Source: Candidatus Omnitrophota bacterium
Lineage (GTDB): Bacteria; Omnitrophota; Gorgyraeia; Duberdicusellales; 4484-171
DNA length: 35,618 bases
Direction of reading: 5' to 3'
Assembly (NCBI GenBank): GCA_046484225.1
Contig: JAWOBO010000038.1
Span: 1-35,618 of the forward strand
The notes under the pieces are model-generated. The model was not told the DNA's origin. It saw only the letters and a list, made by a program, of their open reading frames with translations, and searched no databases. This document shows positions 30,316-35,618 of the stretch, piece by piece. Each line of letters starts with the position of its first letter. Within the stretch, counting starts at the first letter, position 1. The position numbers and the translations under genes were made by a program.

Positions 30316-30343
30316 TTGACAGAAGCCTAATAAATGATAATAT
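30316..30343 (+). promoter_or_regulatory. Putative sigma70 promoter for the TPR-exbBD operon
   Basis: TTGACA (30316-30321), 16-nt spacer, extended -10 TG-A-TAATAT (hexamer 30338-30343); ATG at 30355. Confidence 0.6.
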
Positions 30344-30354
30344 TTGTTACACTA

Positions 30355-32790
30355 ATGAAGAAACTCACAAAAATTATTTTAATATTTTTTTTAACAGTCT
30401 CTGCAGCCTCGCCTTATGCTCTTGCTGAAGGCAACAATTCGGCCCAAGAAAAGTTTCAGATAGCATCAGGGGCATTCTCTGATGAATTTTATCAAGCTGC
30501 CCTTTCGTTATTTAAAAAATTTACCAACGATTTCCCTCAGAGCCCATTAACCCCAAAAGCAAAACTTTACATTGCCAAGTGCCTTTACCACCAGCAAAAA
30601 TATTCACAAAGTTTAGAAAAATTAGAAGAATTAAAAAACCAACAGATTCCGGAACTAAAAAATCAAATTAACTATTGGCTGGCTAAAATATTTTTTGAAA
30701 AAGAAGACTTTTCAAATTGCTTAAAATATCTTAAAAAAATAGAAAAAGACAGTCAATCAAACCTCTACCGGAAAGCAAAATATCTTCAAGCATCAGCTTA
30801 CCTTGAAACAAATCAATTAAAAAAAGCAAAATTAAATTTAAAAAAAATAATTAAAGAGTCCAGCGAGCAAGATTTAATTGATATTTCTTACCAAAGCCTT
30901 CTTCAAATTTATAGCAAAGAAGATAATTTCCATAAAATAAGTTCTTCAGCAAAGAAATATTTAAAAAATAACCCTCAAACAAAAATTAAGGATTATATAT
31001 ACTTTTATCTGGCAGACGCTCATCGTAAAAAAAGTAACTTCAAAAAAGCTGAAAACTACTATAAGCAATCTTTGGCTAACACAAACAGTAATAATTTACG
31101 TGACCTCATCTACAGGGGGCTGGGCTTAAACTACCTAGAACAAGGAAAACCCACTTTAGCTAAAAGAACCATCGATAAGATAGTTGAAGATCAACTAAGA
31201 CTATTTCTGCAAGGATTATACTATTTTAACACTGATGACCAGATCCAAGCTTTAGAAACTTTCAGCATCTATCTTGATAAATATCCAAAGGGAAAATTTT
31301 TAGCCCAAAGTTACTTAAAAAAAGGAGACATCTTGTATGAAATGGGAAGAATAAACGATTCTCTTTCTGCATATAATGCTATTTTAGGAGAGTTTTCCCA
31401 GTCGCAATACCCTGAAATAAGAAATAAAGCTCATTATGGACTAGCTTGGTGTTACCTAAAGAACAATAATTTTAAAAAAGCTATAGCAGAATTTAAAAAA
31501 ACTTTAGAATACAGTGATGACCCAGCAGTCAAAATAAGCTCCCAAATTCAGATAGCCGATGCCTACCAGGAGTCAAACCAACATCAAAAAGCTTTAGATA
31601 TCTACAATCAAATAATAAAAGACTATCCTAATACTTTGTATGCTGATTACATTCAATTTCAAATCGGGATAGTGCTTATAAAAGAGAAAATGCTAGATAA
31701 AGCATCTCTAGCTTTTCGTAATCTTACTAAAAATTTTCCTAATTCAAAATTAATACCCGAAGCAAAATATTACTTGGCTGTTGGTTATTTTTCACAAAAC
31801 AACTATGAAGAAGCCGAAAAAATACTTGATAAACTTATAAACGAATATCCTGATTCGAAAATGATTCCTGAAGCCGACTACCTTCGTGCAAAATGTCTTT
31901 TTAATCAAGAAAAATACGATCAATCCCTAGAAGCCTTTCAACAAATAATAGCAAAATATAAAGACTTATCCTTTTTACAGCTTGCCTACATTGACACTGG
32001 TCTGGCTTATCTGAATTTAGAAAAATTCGAAAAAGCTAAAGAGATCTTTACTAAATTCTTAAAAATTTATCCTAATTCCGAACATACTAATACAGTTAAT
32101 TTTTACTTAGGAGGAATTTACGAAACTGAAAACAACTTCAAAAAAGCAGAAAAACATTATAAAAAAGTAGCCAAAAATTCACAAACTAACCTAACAAGCC
32201 AAGAAGCCTTGTTGGCGCTAGGCCACCTTGCCTGGAACCAAAAAGACCTAGACAAAGCAGAACAATACTTTAAGAAAGGCTCAAAACAACAAACATCCTT
32301 TGGCTTAAAAAGTAAATTATACCTTGCTAAAATTTACCAGCAAAAACAAGAAATTGAAAAAGCCTTAAAACTATATCAGCAATTAATTGACTCTCAAACA
32401 AAAATAGCAAAAATCGCACTGGTAGATAAAGCCTTTTTGTTAAAAGATAGCAAAAATTACCAAAAAGCTATAGAGAGTTTCAAACAAGCCTTAGAAAAAG
32501 GGATAGACTCGGCCAAAATAAGATTTGCTCTAGGAGTTTGCCTTGAAAAAAAGAAATCACCCCAAAAAGCTATAGAACAATATTTTAAGCTTATCTATAC
32601 TTACCCTGAATTAGCCAAAAAGAACGATAAAACAAATTATAAAGTAAAAGCTTATTTTCGAATCGCTAAAATTTATGAAAACCAAGATAATTTAGAACAA
32701 GCTAAAAAAGTCTATCAAAAAATTGTAAATTTAGGAATTAAGGAATCAAAAATAGCAAAAATACGATTAGAAAAACTAAAAAATAACTAA
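30355..32790 (+). CDS. Large exported tetratricopeptide-repeat protein (BamD/CpoB-type repeats)
   Basis: Sec signal MKKLTKIILIFFLTVSAASPYALA; many TPR units with YP.S turns and A.Y.LA helices. Confidence 0.88.
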   Translation: MKKLTKIILIFFLTVSAASPYALAEGNNSAQEKFQIASGAFSDEFYQAALSLFKKFTNDFPQSPLTPKAKLYIAKCLYHQQKYSQSLEKLEELKNQQIPELKNQINYWLAKIFFEKEDFSNCLKYLKKIEKDSQSNLYRKAKYLQASAYLETNQLKKAKLNLKKIIKESSEQDLIDISYQSLLQIYSKEDNFHKISSSAKKYLKNNPQTKIKDYIYFYLADAHRKKSNFKKAENYYKQSLANTNSNNLRDLIYRGLGLNYLEQGKPTLAKRTIDKIVEDQLRLFLQGLYYFNTDDQIQALETFSIYLDKYPKGKFLAQSYLKKGDILYEMGRINDSLSAYNAILGEFSQSQYPEIRNKAHYGLAWCYLKNNNFKKAIAEFKKTLEYSDDPAVKISSQIQIADAYQESNQHQKALDIYNQIIKDYPNTLYADYIQFQIGIVLIKEKMLDKASLAFRNLTKNFPNSKLIPEAKYYLAVGYFSQNNYEEAEKILDKLINEYPDSKMIPEADYLRAKCLFNQEKYDQSLEAFQQIIAKYKDLSFLQLAYIDTGLAYLNLEKFEKAKEIFTKFLKIYPNSEHTNTVNFYLGGIYETENNFKKAEKHYKKVAKNSQTNLTSQEALLALGHLAWNQKDLDKAEQYFKKGSKQQTSFGLKSKLYLAKIYQQKQEIEKALKLYQQLIDSQTKIAKIALVDKAFLLKDSKNYQKAIESFKQALEKGIDSAKIRFALGVCLEKKKSPQKAIEQYFKLIYTYPELAKKNDKTNYKVKAYFRIAKIYENQDNLEQAKKVYQKIVNLGIKESKIAKIRLEKLKNN

Positions 32791-32808
32791 CAAAACCAAG
32801 GAGGTACT

Positions 32809-33450
32809 ATGGAAGAACTTATCTTAGGAAACAAACAACTACTTTGGCTTATGTCGCCAATAATTCTTTGCTCTATATTTTCAGTTGCAATAATACTTGA
32901 ACGAATTTTCTTTTATCTATCAATACGAAAAAACAAAACTACGCTTATTTCAGAAATAATAAAATTAACTAAAAAAGGTAAAATAACTGAAGCAATTGAG
33001 CTTTGCCAAAAAAAACCATTCTATGGCACCAATATCTTAAAAGCAGGGCTTTCGCAAAACCAAAAACCTAAAAAAGCCATAGAAGAAGCCATGGAAAATG
33101 CTTCTTTGTATGAAGTACCTAAGCTGGAAAAAAACTTAAATTTTTTGGGAACCATAGCTCATATTACTCCCTTACTTGGTTTGCTTGGTACTGTTATTGG
33201 AATGGTAAGTTGTTTTTATACCATAGAACAAGTTACCCAAACCGCAGGTATGGTTAACCCAACTGATCTAGCTGGAGGAATTTGGACAGCTTTGATTACC
33301 ACCGCAGCTGGGCTTTCTGTGGCAATTCCAACTTATATCATGTACAACTATTTCATTCATAAAGTAAGACTTCTAACTTTAGTGGCTGAAAGGGCTTCTA
33401 CAGAACTACTCGAGATATTAAGTGGAGGAGGCTACTCTGATGAAGTTTAA
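32809..33450 (+). CDS. exbB: MotA/TolQ/ExbB proton channel protein
   Basis: IILER, LGTIAHITPLLGLLGTVIGM, LAGGIW.ALITTAAGL.VAIP; AGGAGGT SD. Confidence 0.92.
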   Translation: MEELILGNKQLLWLMSPIILCSIFSVAIILERIFFYLSIRKNKTTLISEIIKLTKKGKITEAIELCQKKPFYGTNILKAGLSQNQKPKKAIEEAMENASLYEVPKLEKNLNFLGTIAHITPLLGLLGTVIGMVSCFYTIEQVTQTAGMVNPTDLAGGIWTALITTAAGLSVAIPTYIMYNYFIHKVRLLTLVAERASTELLEILSGGGYSDEV

Positions 33451-33841
33451 AAGAGAAAGTAAAATAAATGCCGGGCTGAAACAAATGGATATTATACCGC
33501 TGGTGGATTGTGTGTTTTTGCTTTTGATATTTTTTATGCTTTCATCAAGTTTTGTTGCCGTACCAGGGATAAACATAAAACTTCCTAAAGCAATAAGTTC
33601 ACAAACAATCGATACAAGGCCTTTAACATTGGTAATATCTTCTGAAGATATTGTATATCTAGATGGAGAACCTTACTCATCCGAAGAAATAGAAAGCTAC
33701 CTTCGCGAAAAAGAAACAAAATCTATTTTTATTAAGGCAGATAAAGGAGCCAGTCTGGAAACAGTTGTTACTATTTGGGATATTTGCAAAAATTTAAAAA
33801 TAAACAAAATCGGAATTGCGACAACCAACCAGGAGCAATAA
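33440..33841 (+). CDS. exbD: ExbD/TolR biopolymer transport protein
   Basis: IIPLVDCVFLLLIFFML with the essential Asp, I.LPKA, IKADK. Confidence 0.92.
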   Translation: MKFKRESKINAGLKQMDIIPLVDCVFLLLIFFMLSSSFVAVPGINIKLPKAISSQTIDTRPLTLVISSEDIVYLDGEPYSSEEIESYLREKETKSIFIKADKGASLETVVTIWDICKNLKINKIGIATTNQEQ

Positions 33842-33861
33842 TTCATTTTAAAAACAAATCA

Positions 33862-34413
33862 ATGAAAATAAAAAAAATATTCTTTATTTTTCTTTTATTT
33901 TCAATCCTTTTCCATATTTTATTTTTTTTACAAGTTAATCTCACAATCACCAATAAACAAAAACCATACATCAACGCTTGGCCCAACCTTCTTAACAAAA
34001 TCGACCTATCATCCAAGTCACAAACAACTAAACTACCTAAAGGAATAAGTTTTTCTACGGGAAAAACAAGAAAAGCATACTTTTCAAAAGCTCTGCCTAA
34101 ATCTAATCAAAAATATAGTTTTAGCCAAGATTTAGATAGCTACATAAATTCTGAAAATTTATCTAAAAAATATGTAAAAAATAGGAGTAATATCTTTTTT
34201 TTATGGGAAAAAGAGCCTCGATTGACTGATAAAGGAAAATCAATACCTTACCGAGCTTTAGTTTCTCCTTACGGCAAAATTATCTTACTTTATCCGCAAA
34301 AACTCTCTTTAGATTCAGATAAAAATATATCTGGCCATAACCATCTTAAAGAATCTGCTTATTTTTTAGAAAAAAAGTTTTTCTGGACAAAATTTAACGT
34401 TTTAGTAGAATGA
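33862..34413 (+). CDS. Membrane-anchored protein, divergent TonB/TolA-like
   Basis: Follows exbD; N-terminal TM with Ser-x3-His (FSILFH); C-terminal ALVSPYGKI...LS loosely resembles a TonB C-terminal domain. Confidence 0.5.
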   Translation: MKIKKIFFIFLLFSILFHILFFLQVNLTITNKQKPYINAWPNLLNKIDLSSKSQTTKLPKGISFSTGKTRKAYFSKALPKSNQKYSFSQDLDSYINSENLSKKYVKNRSNIFFLWEKEPRLTDKGKSIPYRALVSPYGKIILLYPQKLSLDSDKNISGHNHLKESAYFLEKKFFWTKFNVLVE

Positions 34414-34634
34414 TAAGTGTAGACTTAACCATATTTATAGGGTTTTTATTAGACATTTCAATAATAGTTTATTTTATTTTGTATTGGTTAAGTGATAAAA
34501 GATTTGTTAAAAAAGAAAAAAAAATAGACTTAATAAAGAAAAAATGCGAGATATGTGAAACTTCTTCATTTATGAATAGTCAGGGCGGGTATTGGAGATG
34601 CCCTAACTGTGAAAGTTTAAACCGAGGTGAGTAA
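34410..34634 (+). CDS. Small membrane protein with C-terminal Zn ribbon
   Basis: One TM segment, then CEIC...CPNC; ATGA overlap with the upstream gene. Confidence 0.7.
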   Translation: MISVDLTIFIGFLLDISIIVYFILYWLSDKRFVKKEKKIDLIKKKCEICETSSFMNSQGGYWRCPNCESLNRGE

Positions 34635-34853
34635 ATGGTAACCCAAATAGGAATCGTAGCTGGAGAAATTTGGAACTTTTTAGACGAGCACGGAGAAACA
34701 ACTCTAGATGAAATCACAAAAGGTATAGATAAACCGGAAAAATTAATATTAATGAGTTTAGGTTGGCTAGCTAGAGAAAAGCATGTAATAATTGCAGAAA
34801 AAAATAATACCTACCAGATAAACTTAAATCAGAAAAAACAAAAAATAAAATAA
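34635..34853 (+). CDS. Small winged-helix protein (DUF2582-like)
   Basis: IG..AGEIW..L...G and LGWLARE signatures; GAGGTGA SD. Confidence 0.85.
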   Translation: MVTQIGIVAGEIWNFLDEHGETTLDEITKGIDKPEKLILMSLGWLAREKHVIIAEKNNTYQINLNQKKQKIK

Positions 34854-34873
34854 AAACTCATTATCAGACAAAA

Positions 34874-35236
34874 ATGAAAAAAGGAGTGGTCTTAATTATT
34901 GTTTTTGCAGTATTAATTGTAATTTCTCTGCTTGCTATTACAGCAATAAATTTAATGCGCCAACAATCAAAGATAACCGAACATAAAATATCAAGGCGAA
35001 GGAAACTATTAGCAGCTCAAGCCGGCATGGTCCATGCTTATGAAGGATTAAGACGAGGGGTAGCAGCCCCTTATAATAATCCACTATCACCAACTAATAC
35101 TCGAATAACAGATGAAATATCAGATTTTGGTGAAACAGATATTACGATAGACATTGAAGTACTTCATAGTTCGCACGCTGACTGCGATTCTCCTTCTGGC
35201 GAATTATGTATAAAAGTAAATCCTAATTATGATTAG
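34874..35236 (+). CDS. PilX/GspK-like minor (pseudo)pilin
   Basis: MKKG-VVLIIV class III signal lacking Glu5, hydrophobic helix, AAQAG..A motif, C-terminal Cys pair. Confidence 0.7.
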   Translation: MKKGVVLIIVFAVLIVISLLAITAINLMRQQSKITEHKISRRRKLLAAQAGMVHAYEGLRRGVAAPYNNPLSPTNTRITDEISDFGETDITIDIEVLHSSHADCDSPSGELCIKVNPNYD

Positions 35237-35266
35237 AATCCATAGCCTTTCCTTTGTTAACAATCC

Positions 35267-35294
35267 TTGTTTTTTATCATAAATTAGTTAAAAT
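35267..35294 (+). promoter_or_regulatory. Putative sigma70 promoter for the tRNA
   Basis: TTGTTT (35267-35272), 16-nt spacer, TAAAAT (35289-35294). Confidence 0.4.
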
Positions 35295-35333
35295 GTTTCG
35301 ATACTATCAGCCATAAATATATTCTTTTTCAAT

Positions 35334-35486
35334 GGGGCCGTGGTGCAGTCCCGACGCTCGCACTTCGTGCTTGGTCGGGATCCCGATTTTTGACTTGTTA
35401 ATAAAATGATAGTGTCGAAACATCGGGGCTGGGAGAACGCCTGGTTCGCAATCAGGAGGTCAGGGGTTCAAATCCCCTTCGGTCCA
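35334..35486 (+). tRNA. tRNA-Ala(CGC) with an 80-nt insertion in the D-loop; CCA tail not encoded
   Basis: 5' part GGGGCCGTGGTGCAG (35334-35348). 3' part CTGGGA-GAAC-G-CCTGG-TT-CGC-AA-TCAGG-AGGTC-AGGGG-TTCAAAT-CCCCT-TCGGTCC-A (35429-35486). Joined length 73 nt, anticodon at 35447-35449. Confidence 0.85.
35349..35428 (+). other. Double-hairpin intervening sequence within tRNA-Ala
   Basis: Hairpin 1: TCCCGAC...GTCGGGA (35349-35380). Hairpin 2: TCCCGAT...ATCGGGG (35381-35428). Confidence 0.85.
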
Positions 35487-35521
35487 TAAAGTTTACATAA
35501 TTTTGATTTCTAAGTATACCT

Positions 35522-35618
35522 TGTCATTGCGAGCGAAATGAGTGAAACGAATGAAGCGAAGCAATCTCTAAAACAATAATAGAGATTGCTTCGTCGCTTC
35601 CTGCCTGCTGGCAGGCAG
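35522..35618. repeat. RPE/REP-like palindromic element with a nested second palindrome, cut by the window edge
   Basis: Starts TGTCATTGCGAG; perfect 14-bp stem CGAAGCAATCTCTA / TAGAGATTGCTTCG; then CTGCCTGC-TG-GCAGGCAG. Confidence 0.85.

Noticed and set aside
35349-35428. Group I/II intron or internal promoter in the tRNA insert
   Set aside because: 80 nt is too short for a catalytic intron core, and TTGACT at 35390 has no properly spaced -10.

Overview
AT-rich bacterial chromosomal window with about 38 protein genes and one tRNA gene, all on the + strand and tightly packed. It comes from an LPS-making diderm; gene order and style suggest Candidatus Omnitrophota/PVC, but this is an unverified inference. 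Content is mostly housekeeping: an NlpD-like lipoprotein, a degenerate ATPase, a phosphoesterase, HIT and HD-GYP proteins, a Kdo/heptose/Lpt cluster (hldA, kdsB, kdsA, kdsD, kdsC, lptC-lptA-like, lptB), a short tig, clpP, a class V aminotransferase, serA, purA, a membrane pyrophosphatase, GH5, rpe, queH, a radical SAM protein, dtd, lgt, nadE, folK, panC, nadX, uvrA, and a TPR-ExbB-ExbD-TonB-like cluster followed by a PilX-like gene. The most unusual signals are non-coding. (1) A tRNA-Ala(CGC) gene carries an 80-nt double-hairpin insert in its D-loop, and part of that insert is complementary to the tRNA's own upstream flank. (2) Most promoter-free intergenic gaps are filled by structured repeats: a 97-nt heptamer-periodic hairpin family in both orientations, other 7- and 10-nt periodic arms, and branched palindromes capped by C-GAA-G triloops. 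No transposase, integrase or CRISPR array is visible. All calls are by eye; no database searches were run.
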